Assembly (NCBI GenBank): GCA_965202585.1
Contig: OZ241832.1
Span: 23,870,001-23,934,000, forward strand
Source of the DNA: Thalia democratica
Lineage: Eukaryota
Length of the DNA stretch: 64,000 bases
Reading direction: 5' to 3'
The notes below the pieces were generated by a model that was not told the origin of the DNA, ran no database searches, and saw only the letters and a program-made list of their open reading frames with translations. Position numbers and translations under genes: made by a program. This document shows positions 50,401-64,000 of the stretch, piece by piece; within the stretch, counting starts at the first letter, position 1; each line of letters starts with the position of its first letter.

Positions 50401-51554
50401 GTTTTAATCTTTTAACTTTGCTAAAAAATGCAATAAAAACTTTAACTAAGGTAAGCATTTATAAATTCTTTAAAATCAGTTTTAATTAAAAAATAAAGTT
50501 CTAAAATACAATAAAAAAACTATAATTTGCTTATATTAATCTTGAAAAATAAAGAATTTAACTTACTAAGCATTTATAGAATTTTTAAAACAAGTTTTAT
50601 TCAAAAAATAAAGTTCTGAAATAAAAAAAATAATAATTTGTTTATATTATTCTTAAAAAAGTGTTCATATTATTGAGTTTTTCAAGTTTTCTTCTTGTTG
50701 CAAGCTATTTGTCTTATTGTGTTATTTTTTTTTATTTAATAGATTCAACTCAGAGAGTCAATTTGATTTAAAACAAAAGTTAATTCTTCATGTTACTTTA
50801 CTTTGAGGTTCATCTGTTCTAAAATTTTTCTTTTCATAAATCTTCTATATGCATTTGCTCTTTTGTAAGACAAAAAAAAATAAATTTCAAAATATGTGAA
50901 GTTCTTATTGACTCACCACAAACAATTCAATAGTACAAGATCCTCTCTCACACCTAGTTTTTTTTATTCTCTCACATCATTAAAACAAAATCTACAGCCT
51001 CAAAATAAATTTTTTACAATAGTTTATTATTTGCTAATAGATTTTTACACCGAGCTATTTGTATACAATTTAGATGTATTCAATATGTTTAATATTTACG
51101 ACACTAAAAGTGCTAGAAATTCGTAAAAATAAAATTATTTTACAAAGTGCAAAACTAAGTATAAACGAATACTTGAAGCTAAAGAAACAAGGTCTTAAAA
51201 GCTGAATAATCGAAAGAAAAGCGAGTTTTTTCGCACAAATTTTTACGTTTCTGTAGATTTGCAGAAACTTACCAAGATACGTGCCTGGCTTTCACTAACA
51301 TATAAAACTTGGTTTAAACATTAATTAAAAAATAGTATTTAATATGTGTTAAAATCTACTAAATGATTGCAGCATTTAAAAAATAGATTAAAATAATTAC
51401 TCAAATTTCATACCTGTGCAAATCCCTATGATATACATTTTTAAAAAGTTTCAATATGTTACTGGTATTTTTATTTTTGTCTTAGTTATTCATAAATATT
51501 GTCTTTTTCTATCACCCCATCAAGTTTTAAGATCCTCACATTTAATCTAAAATG

Positions 51555-51830
51555 AATCATTGTGACTTAAAATTGTTCACCACCTTTTGTGACTTATTTG
51601 TACTAATACATTTTCAGTTTTTTTGTGATTTTTTGTACTAAATTTTGTCACTTTTATTCTACTTTGTTTTCTAAACTTTGTCACTAATTTTCTTTGACTT
51701 TTTTGCTTATATTTTGCCAACATGTTGTTATCTTATTAGCACTTAAATTTTGTCTCCACCTTCTGTTGCTCACTTTGACTTAAATTGTGTCAATAACTTT
51801 CTGTAACCTCTATTGCTTATTGGTTTTCCT
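51555..51830. repeat. Degenerate TTTTGTCACT-type tandem repeat
   Basis: Many imperfect TTTGT(C/G)ACT units. Loosely resembles the reverse complement of the 18-bp array. Confidence 0.45.
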
Positions 51831-54800
51831 AGCTCCCTATTTTTTCTTGATATAGGTACAGTCTCAAATTCTTTTAAATGGGTAGATAGTAATTGAGAGT
51901 ATTGTTTCTTAAAAACTAGATGCAAGATTTATTGTGAATATTCTCTAAATCTACCATTTAATAGGATCGACTGTGTAATAAAGTATTTGCTTTAGCTTTG
52001 TAAATCGTTGTAAACTAAAAGCAAAAGATTATCATAAACTATTCAAGTTTTACACTGGAAAGAACAAACTAATGAATAAAGTAACAAAATATGTTAATGT
52101 AAGGAGGTTAACTAGAAAGAATAGGGCAATTACAGTGACCTATAATTGACGTCTATGGTTGTTTTGTTTTTTGCGATGCTAGGCAGAGATGTCATAATTT
52201 AAGTACTATGAGCTCGTCATGCTCGAAGAAACCGGTAACTAGAGAAAAATGAGTTATGAGAAAGTAGTTACATAAAGCTTCAAAAAACTTGATACAATAG
52301 AAGTTTTCACTACTTGTAAACTGAAAGTTTTAGAATACAAAAAAATTTATAAACAAATACTGACTTGTTAAGCAGAGGTCTATTAACTTATTTATTTAGA
52401 TTTATTTTACAAATATAACTTTTAAACAAAGTAAAATATATAAATTTTATTGTATGTTTACTGTTTTAAATCTTGATTAAATGATTTGTGAAACATGAAT
52501 GCAAACTGTTTTTTAACTACGCTATTTTTTAATAAATTTTATGGACCACAACACAAATTGACATGTAGAAATTTCTATTTAAAGCAAACAGTTTTATTGT
52601 GTAACTTCATATCAAAAATTTAAATTTAATTATTAAAAATTTAAACCAGTTGGTAAGCTTAGTTTAAAAGTATAAATTTAAAAAACATACGATAAAATGC
52701 AATTAAAACTTTTATTTTGAACTGTAAGATATTTTTAAAACATAAAATTACATTCAATAGTTTAATAAACTATACTTTAAAAATAATGAAGCTCTAGGAC
52801 ACAGAAATAGGAAAAAAAAAGTTTGTATCAACTGCAAAATTTATAAACGTTTCAACTTTTATAAACTTAAGTTTTTAGAATAACCAACAAAGACTATTAT
52901 AGTTGACCAAAAAAATTACTTTAATTTTTTTGCCAACTTTTGTAATGTGTTTTTGTTTATCATATAAATGAAAAACATGTACATTACATCTTTTAAAATT
53001 TCGTGCTTTTAATCATAATAATAAATAAAAATCAAATCATAAAACAATTTTTTAAGGTAAATAATTTAAAAGGTTTCATAAAACAAATTAGTTAAAAAAA
53101 TCAAAAACTATTAAGCTGTAATTTTATTATTAAACTTAATCGAAGTAAGGAAAAAAAAATTAAAATTTTAATTGGTGAAAAAATTTGTTGTGTATAAATC
53201 ATTCAAGAGAAAAATTAAAATATAGCTTGATTTTGAAACGGAAACAAAATTTAAAACAAAACTGGATAGTTATGTAAAAAATAAACTGTTTATTCCTATT
53301 TCTCCTAGTTTAAAACAGTTGTTTGTTCTGTTAAAAATAGTGGCAACTCGTGTTTTTTTGTTAGGAATTACCATGGTCAAGTAAAAAATATCCTAGTTTA
53401 ATACATTAAGATGAAACTCATAATGGTTTTATAAAGAAAAAGCAAATTAAGAAATAAACCATTTTTAGCTTTTAAACAAAACTTTCTTGAACATACTAAA
53501 TTAAATACATCTTATTTGAAACATAAGCAAATAAATACATTGAAAAATATTTTTCATGACTTTATATATGAATTTTTAATAATGCGCTCAATTTATTTAA
53601 AAGTATTTTAATACGCGTAAGAATGAAAAATAAATTCAAATGAAGCAAATAAATTATTAGGCTACTAAACATTGTTATGATCATACAGCTTATAAAACAA
53701 AAACGTATCATAGATTGAGAAAACAATCTTAGGAATAAATATAACTTAAATTCAAGAACAAAATAGGTATGATTGTGCAAAGTTAACACTAAAATACTTT
53801 TTACAAACAAATTGAAACAAATATATGTTTCTAAAACCCATAAATCTTTAATTTAGTACAAAACATTTTTGTTTATATAGTATGTATAAATTCTTTTTTC
53901 TTAAATACTTTTTTTTCAGGAAAAAAAAAAGTCAAATTACATGTAATAAATAGTTTACTACCATCCATTTATAAAATAAATTAAAAAACTAAGCTTTTAA
54001 AAGCATTTTATTAACTATAAGCTTGTTAGAAATTGGTTTATTTTACTTAATAATGAAAATCAATCAACGTTGAACATTTAAAAATCGATGAATGTTTAAA
54101 CAAACAAAATTTAAGTAGCTATAGTTGGGTAAAAATAATGAGAAAAATAAACATCAGTAATAATTTTTCGTAGATATAAAGTTGACTTAAAATGTAAAGA
54201 AACTTTTAAAGCAGTTAAAAAAAAACTGCTCTAAACAGTAACTTTTATTTTAAGACACTTAATTCATTTTCAGAAGTTAAAAGTAGCATTCAAAATTGAA
54301 AAAAAAATAACACAAGAAGGAATTTTTGATTGAGACTTTCACCCATTCAACATAAAACTTTTTTAAAGTTAACTACTACAGAAGAATTTTTTTATATGTT
54401 TGATCTTTTTATAAACATGACCATAAAAGAAAAAACACCAAAAACCTACTTCTTTGTTCAAAATAAAATCAATTTAAACGATCTAATAAAACAAAAAATA
54501 GATTTCTTCTTAATACATTTAAACTTAAGTAGATTTTATATTTAATAAAGTTTTTGATGAAACTATAACTCTTAAAACCAGATAAAAAAGAACAACATTT
54601 TCTTAACGGTTTAAACACAACAATTTATCTTTAAAAATTATTTTATTTAAATGACAAAGTTGTTACAAGAACAATTATGTGATAAATATAAATATTTACT
54701 TAACTATGTTAGCATAAAAAAGATTTTATAAAGTTATATTTTTGAAAATTTATCTCAAAAAACATTAAGAACAAATTACTATAGTACTTCAAATATACTC

Positions 54801-54849
54801 TGGCTTTGAAGAATGTTATTTTACAATTAACATTATAAAAAAAATTGCA

Positions 54850-57800
54850 TTGACTTTAGAATATATAATAACTTGGATGCAACAACTATTTTTTATAAGC
54901 ATCAAGACATGTATAAAACCATGACATTTTTTGTCTAAATCTTAAGCATTTAAAGTATTTTTTTAATTAAGAAACTGCAAACCTCTTGCTTTACACCTTT
55001 GTATAATGGTAAAATCTATTGTGATTAAACTGTTTTTAACTTGAACTTTTCAACAGTTGTGTAAGTAAGTTTTTCAGAAAACTTAACTGTGTTTGCTTGA
55101 AAAATGAAGATGGTGAGTTTCTTTTAGTTGGGCATTTATATTTCCTTTCCCATAAGAATATTATTGTGTTCTCCAACTTTAACCATCTATCTGTAAAAAT
55201 TTAGTTATAGAACAGTTAAAAAAAAAATTAGTTCAATTTTAAAAGTTTACTTTATTAATCTCTTAATATCAATTCATTCTCGAATTAATCCATCCAGTAT
55301 TCATGGAGTTCTACAAAAGTTCTTAAAAAATAAAAATAAAAACATAGTCTTAATGATTAGAAAACTATATTAAGTAACAAAAAACTAGAGCTAATTAAAA
55401 AAAAATTACAGTACTATCAATCTCTACTGTTTTAAGTAGTTTTTTTAAGTAATCATACTGAAATAAAAATTTATATATAAAACCTTAAAAGTTTATGATC
55501 AATATTGATTTATAAAAACAAATTATACAGTAATTTTTCTTTATTGTACCAACATATGTTTCTGTGTGTTAACGAATCAAAACACTTCAACTGGTTTTTT
55601 AATGGAAAAAATGTATAGTACAGTAAAAGATATGCAAAATCTTTAAAATTTTATCAATTTGGTTAGTAAATAATTTTATGACAAATAAACTGAACTAAAA
55701 TACTTTCAAAAAGTTACAAATTTAATATTTTTCTTACTTAAATAACTACTACTTCAACTCAATTTTTTTAAATAGGAAATATAAAATAAACTGTTATAAA
55801 TAATTTGACTTGAAAAACTTAAGTTAAAAAATATTTAACTACAAAAGAAGTATGTTACAAAAACTTACAAATCGCAAGTACATTTTGCAATTTATTGTTG
55901 TAAATTTTCAAAACATTTTTAAAACCCTGAGCTATTGCAGCACCGGTATTGTTTTCAACCTTTTCTAAATGTAGAAAAGTTTAAATAGCTTCTTGGGTAG
56001 TGTTGCTTATGTAGCAAATACTAAACCTGTTATCAATCAACAGTGTAAAACTTAAAACATAAAATATTTAATCTTTTTTTTTATCTCACTAAAAAAAGCA
56101 GAATTTTTACAATAATTAAATTAGTTTAGTAAAATTTATATTTTGCACTGAAAAAAAAAATGCTGAAACTGTTTTATTTTTGAAATTCAAAATTTTAATA
56201 ACTACTGAAAACTGATACTTTGCTAAGAAACTCAGCTTAAATAACAAAAACAACTAATTCTAATAAACAAAGTAGTGTTAAACTAGAGACTTTTTAAGTT
56301 TATTAAAGAAATTTTAATACATAAAAACTTTTTTTTTGTAAATCATACAAATAAAATGATTTAACAAAACTCTAGGTAAACTTTGACAAAAAACAGTTTG
56401 TCTATATTTTTCAAGTTCATTTTGAATTCTAATTTTTATTGCAGTACAAATTGGTAAATCATTGTGATTAATATTGTAATTGGAGTAAAATTAGCATCAG
56501 TTAATAGTAAACAAATTTGCAAATACTTAAAAACAATACTTGATAAGTGTATACATTTAAAAAAAACAAAATAACTTAACATATGATAAAACATATACAA
56601 AAAAATCTAAATTTTAGTTATGGTTATAATTATGATAGTATAGAAATACTTGGGCATTTTATACACATTGAATACTAGACAATTTATATTTATGATTTTT
56701 TATTCACCCAAAAAACTTCTTCCTAAAATATCAGTGCATTCGTCTAAGTAGAAAGAGCACTGCTGTAAAATCATGTCACTTATAATAAACTTTCTAAATA
56801 TAGGAGCAAGTACATTGACTGTTATAGAGGTTTATTTTGTACATCGTAGTGTACAACTTTTTGAAGTTTTACCAGTTGCTTTAAAAACATCAAGCAAGTG
56901 GATAGAAGCATTTATGCTATTGTGCAATGCTTGGTACAAGGCAAGTATAACTTCTATTTTGTGTTTCTGTATTTTTTCATCTGTAATGAAACCATCATCT
57001 TTTTCAAAAGATTTTGGTAATAATTGACGCAACAGGTGCTTATTGGTTTTTGCGTGCATTTTTAGTTTATATTTCTTTGGGAGTAACAGAATTTTACACT
57101 TTTTACAGTGAACCATATTCCCACCATGCCATGGCTGAATCCAGTATAAAAGATGCCATGAATATATATGTTAAAAAACAAAATTAAGAATGTTTTTAAA
57201 CAGTTTTTGTTTATTACCTTCACAAAAATAGACCTGATTATTAAAGGAATAAGGGGTCCACTTTCATTTTTAAGCAATCTTCTTCAAATTTTCACAAAAA
57301 GTCAATTATTAAATTCTAAAAAGATTGAATGCAGGAGTATTTTAATTTTGAAAAAAAAAAAAAAATCTTTTATTTGAATTTAAATCACCAGTTTTTTTTT
57401 ACTAAAAACATGTATGATAGTTTTTTGTAAAATTTATTAATTTAGAAAAAAAATTGTAGAAAATTTGATGTAAATAGCTTTAAATATTCTTAAGAGAAGA
57501 AAAAAAGATTGATCAAACTTTTGAGAAAATTGGTTGTGAATAGGTTTATACTTGAAATTAGTAACAAAACTGTTTATATTTCATTAACGAGTTGAAATTT
57601 TTAGTTCATAAAGCTTTTCTTTTAGGATATATTTCAAGCTTAACAATATGGGCCTGAGTTAATTGATAAAACAGTACTCTATTATTGAATTAATAAATTT
57701 TTGATCAACTATGTCTCAAAATTTAGCGGTTATTGGCCAGGCAAACCAGTTTTTTACAATATTTAATTTTAAAGAACTAATAAACATGTATGAACAACAT

Positions 57801-57950
57801 TAAAATTTAGAAAATAGCTGTGTCATAAATTACTTTCAAGTTGTGGATCTGTTTCCCATTCTTTACGATATTTCCTCTTGTATTTCTTATTAAGTTCAGT
57901 TTTCTACATCTTCTTCAACAAAAAATTTCACAGTTAATGGCTGAAAAAGA
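54850..57950 (-). mobile_element. Degenerate hAT transposase gene with zinc finger (different family from the 61496 element)
   Basis: Minus strand: KKYKRKYRKEWETDPQL (about 57880-57835), a probable intron, WIQPWHGGNMVHCKKCKILLLPKKYKLKMHAKTNKH (C2H2-type finger), EVILALYQALHNS..HLLDVFK..CTLRCTK(fs)ITSITVNVLAP, FYLDECTD (catalytic DESTD-like, about 56740) and a GEHNN-like motif (about 55170). TIRs not found. Confidence 0.8.
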
Positions 57951-60900
57951 AATATATCAAAATTAAAAATAATACTTTTCATTACTGGTTTACTTGGTTT
58001 TCAAAAGAATGTTTTATAAGACTTATTTAAAACTACAAGACCGAAACTAAAAATAATTATATCCATAAAATACTCTTGTAAAACCTAAAAAAAACATTTA
58101 TTTTTAATCAATAATAAGTTTTTACTTATTCTAAACTTAACTAAATAGTCTTCATTTTAAACTAATTAGCTTAAAAAAGTAGTATTATTTAGAGTTTTGG
58201 AGCCTGTTTAATGTAATACACTATTTTTTATCTAACCATCTAACTGTTTATTTATTTAAGCTAAAATAAAAAAGAAAATAAAGTCGGATTTACTAAAAAA
58301 GATTTGTAGGAAACTTTTTGTCATATTAAATAATACTATTTCATTAATAGTATTGAAACCTTTGTAGAAAAGTAAAAACAAATGTACTATCGATCTTTTC
58401 TAATTATCAGTCTGTTTTTTACCTTAATGTCTTTTTTTAGTATTTTTAGAATTCTAGTTTCAAGAAAATGTTAAACTTTATAAGTAAAGTTTCTTAAAAC
58501 TTGAGGTAGATAATTTTAAGAAAATATTTCAATATGAGAATTTATAAAGAAATAAAAGTTTGTTTCATGTACTTGTATATGCTCTTATAATATATCAACA
58601 GTCAATTAAATATTTGTTGGTTTATGAAAACTTTCTTACCATTTTTTCTTTAGTTTTTATATAAGATATTATTTTAAGGTGACAAGAAAAATAGTTCAAT
58701 ACTCTTTTAAAACAAAAGTTTTCATAATCTCTTGAATGAAGACTCAAATTAAACAATATAAAATGTTTTTCATTGAATACTTGAATTGTAATTAAGTATA
58801 ACTTAAAGGTTTAGTTTAGTAAAAAGTTTTTGGTACAAACTTATTATGAAGAAGTTTTTTATTTCCAATTTTCAAATATTTCAATCAAATGTAATCAAGA
58901 TCAAACAAATTTAATAAAAAATATTTCTCTACTTACTTTTCAAGAAAATAAATTCAAACTTTTAGGAAAAGTTTCTTCCATTATATCAAAAAAAAAAGGT
59001 AAAAATTTCAAAACATTAAAAAAGTAAATACTTTATAACCAACAAGTAAAAAACAGTTATGTGGTTTTTTTTGTAAGTAAATTTACTCAATTTTTTAAGC
59101 CTAGAACAGGGCTTTTTATTGATAAGTCAATGTTAGACTGAGAATGTCTAAGAATGATTGCTTATAAACTTTGTGAGGATTAATGATTTTAATAAAATGT
59201 TCTACTTTATTTCTCTTTTTAATTTATGACACTGATTTTAATAAGAACTTATGAATTCTCTGACTTTGTTCCTTAAATGTTAAAAACTAGTTTAAGCACA
59301 AGTAAATGTAAAAACTAACTTCTAGCTAAACTGAAAACTTAAAATTTAAACAATTTTTAAAAAACTATCTTACCCCTCTTGGGCCTTAACTATTGTGAAA
59401 AATAGGTTCTTATTACCTTAATAAATTATTTTTTATGAAACTTACTAAAAATTTAACTATTTGTAAAATTTCATCTTATTTAAATTTATGATTCATATTT
59501 ATGATTACTTTTCTCAAATATAAAATGTAAGTTAAGTTTAAAATGCCTAAACTTAAATTTAGTAAAGATATTTATTTAGAACAATGTTTTTTTAATTTTT
59601 ATAAACTTTAGGCAACATAACTATTAACATTTTAATATAAAGCTGTTTTATTTGATTATAAGTTGTTTATTGAATAAATTTTTTTATACAATTTACTGAA
59701 ATTTGTAATGTTTCTAATAATTAAGCAGTTATATTTATTAAAATGAGATTTTGTTATTTAAACAATATAAATTATAAAAAAAACTCTTACACACAACTTT
59801 AGTCAGATGAAATCAATTTTAAAGTAACTTAAGAAAAAACATCAATATACAAAAGTTTAAGGCATGTTTTTAATTATTATAATCAAACTAAAAAAACAAG
59901 ATGTTAATTTAAACTTATGTTTTAGTAAAATTTTATATTTAAAACAAGATATGTCAATATAAGCTAAAAAAACTAATCATTGAAAACTTACAAGTTTTTT
60001 TACTTTGGCTGTACTCATTTTCGAAGAACCCTTTATATAGAAATTTAACTATTTCAATATCTGAAGTCATGTGTATTTTGAAGACAGATTTTAAATTCCT
60101 TCGGTAAATCCCCTTTTCATTGATCTTATATTCGGCCTTGAACCTAAGGTCGGATCCCATCTATGATGCTAGGTGATAAAATTAGGAATTCAAAAAAAAA
60201 AAAAAAATAATTACTTATTGAGATTTAAGAGTACCTTTAGTTAGACTTAAGTATTTTAGTCAAGGTTACTTCTGTACAAAAATGTTAAATACTTTTAATT
60301 TAGACTTTGTAACTAAAACAGAATAAAAGTTTAACTAAAACCTAAAAAAAGTGATTGAAAGTAAAATTTTCAGCCTAGAAATGTTTGAATATCTAACCGT
60401 TTACCACTTAAGTACCTATAAACCTTTGTTTTTCCGCGACTAATCAAAACTCAATAATGAAATTGTGTGTGTTAATTTAAATTGCTTTATATTTCATTAT
60501 TTTTTTGGTATTGTAGACTTTTTATCATGATTAACAAAGTGCTAACTCTTTGTTCCAAATCTCATCAAACGGAATTATAAAGCCTAAAAACTTTTTTATT
60601 TAACCACGTATGAAACGTTGTGAGAGTATTTGTAAATATTGCATAAAAGTTATATTGTGTGGATTGATTATATATGAAATAGTACCTTCAGAAAGTTTTA
60701 AGTCACATATAAAAAGCTATTTTACGCTTCATCTGGCATATTCGAGATATTTATTAGTCTATTTTTAAGGTATATTTAGTTTTAATAAATTTAACTATTG
60801 ATATAAAAATTTCGTTACAAAGCGAGTTTTTTAAATATATTAAATTGAATTCAACATAAAGTTTTTATCTTTATGTTTTTCAGTAGATTCTGAAGTACTT

Positions 60901-61495
60901 AATTCCTAAAATAGTGTTTTTGAAGTAATTTTTCATGTATAATTTGATGACCAACTAAACTTTCTACTTTGTCTTAATTTAAAATTTCTAACAATTACAA
61001 AAAGAACATCTATTGTAAATTTCATAGCAATTATTAAACTTGAGATCTTAATCTAATTCCAAAAAACAAAACATACATAAAGTTAACGTTATAAGCAGAT
61101 CCAGCTTTAACTAAGTTATTGTAAGCAACAAAAATAAATACTTAAAAATTAACACTATTTGCAAGTACATATTTAGTCAAGTTTATTAAAAATTAACTAG
61201 CTCTTTAAAGATTTAACCTAAGTAGTAGTCTTGGAAACAATATAAAGCCAAATCTTTTATTTTCATGCTATATTTAATTTAATTTATAAATTAAACAAAT
61301 CTTTTTCATGCAATCAAAAAAGTTGTAAGCGATATTAAAAACTATTTATTATATTTCTAGCACTATATAAAGATATGAAAGAACGGAAGTACTAAATATA
61401 ATCTAATTTTATAACATTTTTTTAATTAAGTAATATTTGCCATTATAAAAACTTTTTATAAATTTCTCTACCAATAAGATTTGAAAGTACTAAAG

Positions 61496-64000
61496 CAGGG
61501 GTCGGCAGGCGGTTGGTGTTCGCGGGCCAAATTTCAAGTTTCCAAAATCTTTGCGGGCCACAGTTTTAGTTTAAGTGACCTTTAAAAAAATTTTGGTTTT
61601 AGTTTTAGTCACACTAAAGAAAGTTTTACTTTTATTCAGATTATTATTTTAAGTGACTTTTAGCTACACATGAAACGCCTGTTTAAACTATACATATTTA
61701 TTGGAATACAATTTACATTGTAAATATACTTAAGTTTTAACAAACCACGTACTGTCTTTAACAATAAACAAGTTAAACTTGAAGTTTTAATTATTTTACT
61801 TACAATCTAGTTTTCTTTGAAAACGAACTTTAAAAACATTTTTGGGGCACTTCTATATATTTTTTATATAGTGAACCGCTTTTTCATATTTTAAAAATAT
61901 TAATTTTCAAAAAAAAATTTTGCTTTTTAATCTCAAAAATTCAGTAATTAATTGAATAAATAAAATTTATACGTATTTGTATGGTAAAAATCTAAAAAAA
62001 AGTTTTTAACATAATTAACACCCAAATACTTTAATAAAATATCTTATTAATATTAAATTAGTCTTTTACATGGTTGCTATTTAAAAAGCAAAAATGACTG
62101 AGTTATATCACAACTGTCTAAGTTTATTAAAATTTTAAAAAGCTAAAAACTTGCATTTACTCAAATATAAACACCTAACTTAAATGTTATCATTATAAAA
62201 AGTACATAATGTGTAAGTAGGCTAGAAAAAAAGAAGTTAAACTACAGTCATAAAAACTATTATAAGAATTCGAAGATTTAATCAAACTCTTTAAAATAAA
62301 AGTTTTAAACACACCTGAGTTTTGAAAACTTGTCTTAAACAGGTTAACCTAGTCTGAGTTTTTCAAAATTTAAAACTAGCCTGTTTAGAACAAAGTTCAC
62401 AAAATAAAGAGACAAAAATGTTTATCATTAATTAATTAAATATATTTAAAAATGTATATTATAAGTCAGTTTGAATGGACAACTAAGTATTTTAATAATT
62501 TTAACTAAAGTATAAAAATACTTTAAACCATTAATGAAGTAGAAAAACTACTTTTTTATTGAGCATTATAGCAATTGTTTATCTGCAATAAATTTTTACG
62601 TTTAAAAAGAGTAAGTGTGAAATTTAAAGCAATGAGAATTAAAAAACGTTAGTTAAGAGTTATTGCAAGAAACGAAATTTAAAAAAAATTGCCTAAGTCA
62701 GTTTCAACAAAGCACATAACTATCTTTTGATAACTACAGAATCATCAGAAAAAATAGGTTGAGGCAAGATATAAAATAGCAAAAGGCATAACTAAAAGTG
62801 ATATACCGTTTGGTGTTGAAAACCCTTTATTAAGAAAATGTGTTGGCGGTAGTAAAAAAAAGTTTAATTCTTCAATGGCAACAAGAACTCAAGTTTCGTG
62901 TTTAGAAGATGTCTGAAGATTATAAAGCTGCAAAAATCGAATCAATCTGTTAAGATGAGAGCACTGATACAACATAGACTGCTTATCTGAGGATTTTTAT
63001 TAGAGGTGTTTTTAATAATTTTTAAACTTTAGAAGAACTCCAAAGTTTAATTTTAATGCAAAGCACAAAAATAGATAAATACATTTTTTTAGCAAAGGTG
63101 CAATGCACCAGTATAAAGGGTGATTTTAAGTTTTGTAAACAATGTTGCTACTGCAATTATTGCTAGATACATGATGGTAATATGATATTGTTTAAAACTA
63201 GGTCTTGAACTTATGTTGTTTACTAATTAACCTCATTTATTAATAAACCAGGAAGTATTTTGTGCGAAAAGAACATGTTTAAAAAATTATTAAATTAACA
63301 ATTTAAGTAGTGAACACATTTTTGTCAAACAAACTTTATAACCGACAGTTTCAAAAAGTAGTAGAAAAAAAAAAGTCAATACGTTGACCTAGTTTACTTT
63401 TGGCTTGTTCTTTGTTTAGTTTTTATTTGATGTTATAACGATTCAATGAGTTAAGAAATGAAATAGGGTTTTCTCTTAAAGCTAAAAGTATAAATATTAC
63501 TGCTTATAAAGATAAAAACTTGATACTATTTTTAGTATTTCTGAAATGTCTTACATCCCAAGTTAAAAACCTAACTTGGTATTACAAGGAAAAAAAAAGT
63601 TGTTCTATGAGATACGGTTCAATACCATACTTTTGAAACAAAGTTAAGACTATAGGGGTTTCAAATAATAAAAAAAAAACTATACAAAATTCAACAACCG
63701 TTAAAAACATCAAATTAAAAACAGATTCTGACTTTTTAGATGCAATTAAAAACTAATCGGACGAATTTTCCATATGATTTTTTGACCTTCAATTACTAGA
63801 AAATAAACTAAATCCTATAAAACTTCCACAAAAAAGTATGTTGATAAAGTGTAGCGCACATTTACAACCATAGTATAATACCTGCAATAGCTTAATTGAA
63901 ATTGTTTTTTTTTAAGATATTGAATACAATAGTTTATTAAGGACCGCGAAAGATTTACAAAAAAAACAAAAATTTCCAAAAAATAATGTTTGAAAATTAA
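61496..64000 (+). mobile_element. hAT (Charlie/SPIN/GTF2IRD2-like) element with decayed transposase; runs off the window end
   Basis: TIR CAGGGGTCGGCAG at 61496, same end as 10046 but inverted. Transposase relics: EARYKIAKGITKSDIPFGVENPLLRKC (about 62761), SIC*DESTDTT*TAYLRIFIRGV...LEELQSLI (about 62940-63060), PHLLINQEVFCAK (about 63230), RFNELRNEI and an FL..L...N..LQG-like segment. Confidence 0.9.

Noticed and set aside
56773-57377. Plus-strand ORFs (84 and 69 aa) and 57062-57277
   Set aside because: Antisense or off-frame to the decayed hAT transposase.
59954-60160. 68-aa minus-strand ORF in a slightly GC-richer patch
   Set aside because: No motif, splice support or second copy that I could identify.
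1-64000. CRISPR arrays, rRNA, tRNA, prokaryotic operons
   Set aside because: None seen; the sequence is spliceosomal-intron eukaryotic DNA and the tandem repeats lack unique spacers.

Overview
Very AT-rich, intron-containing animal (invertebrate) DNA, dense in transposon relics. A tunicate or other marine deuterostome is plausible, but that is inference only. Main content: (1) two intact copies, about 44 kb apart, of a two-exon gene that the ORF track splits in two; splicing joins an RRM-like domain in frame to a Ulp1/SENP-type (C48) cysteine protease (448 aa). (2) Each copy lies just downstream of a decayed histone H2B-like sequence (four H2B relics in the window), and a decayed cullin/APC2-like sequence lies just upstream of the second block. 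(3) An 8-exon secreted ficolin-like gene with a signal peptide-collagen-sushi/CCP-fibrinogen architecture (340 aa). (4) One exon of a type II membrane protein with 10-aa repeats. (5) Several hAT elements, one with a perfect 8-bp TSD and a nested probable solo LTR, plus RTE/L2 LINE relics, MITEs, a 2.9-kb tandem duplication and minisatellites. All domain calls come from motif reading by eye; no database searches were run.
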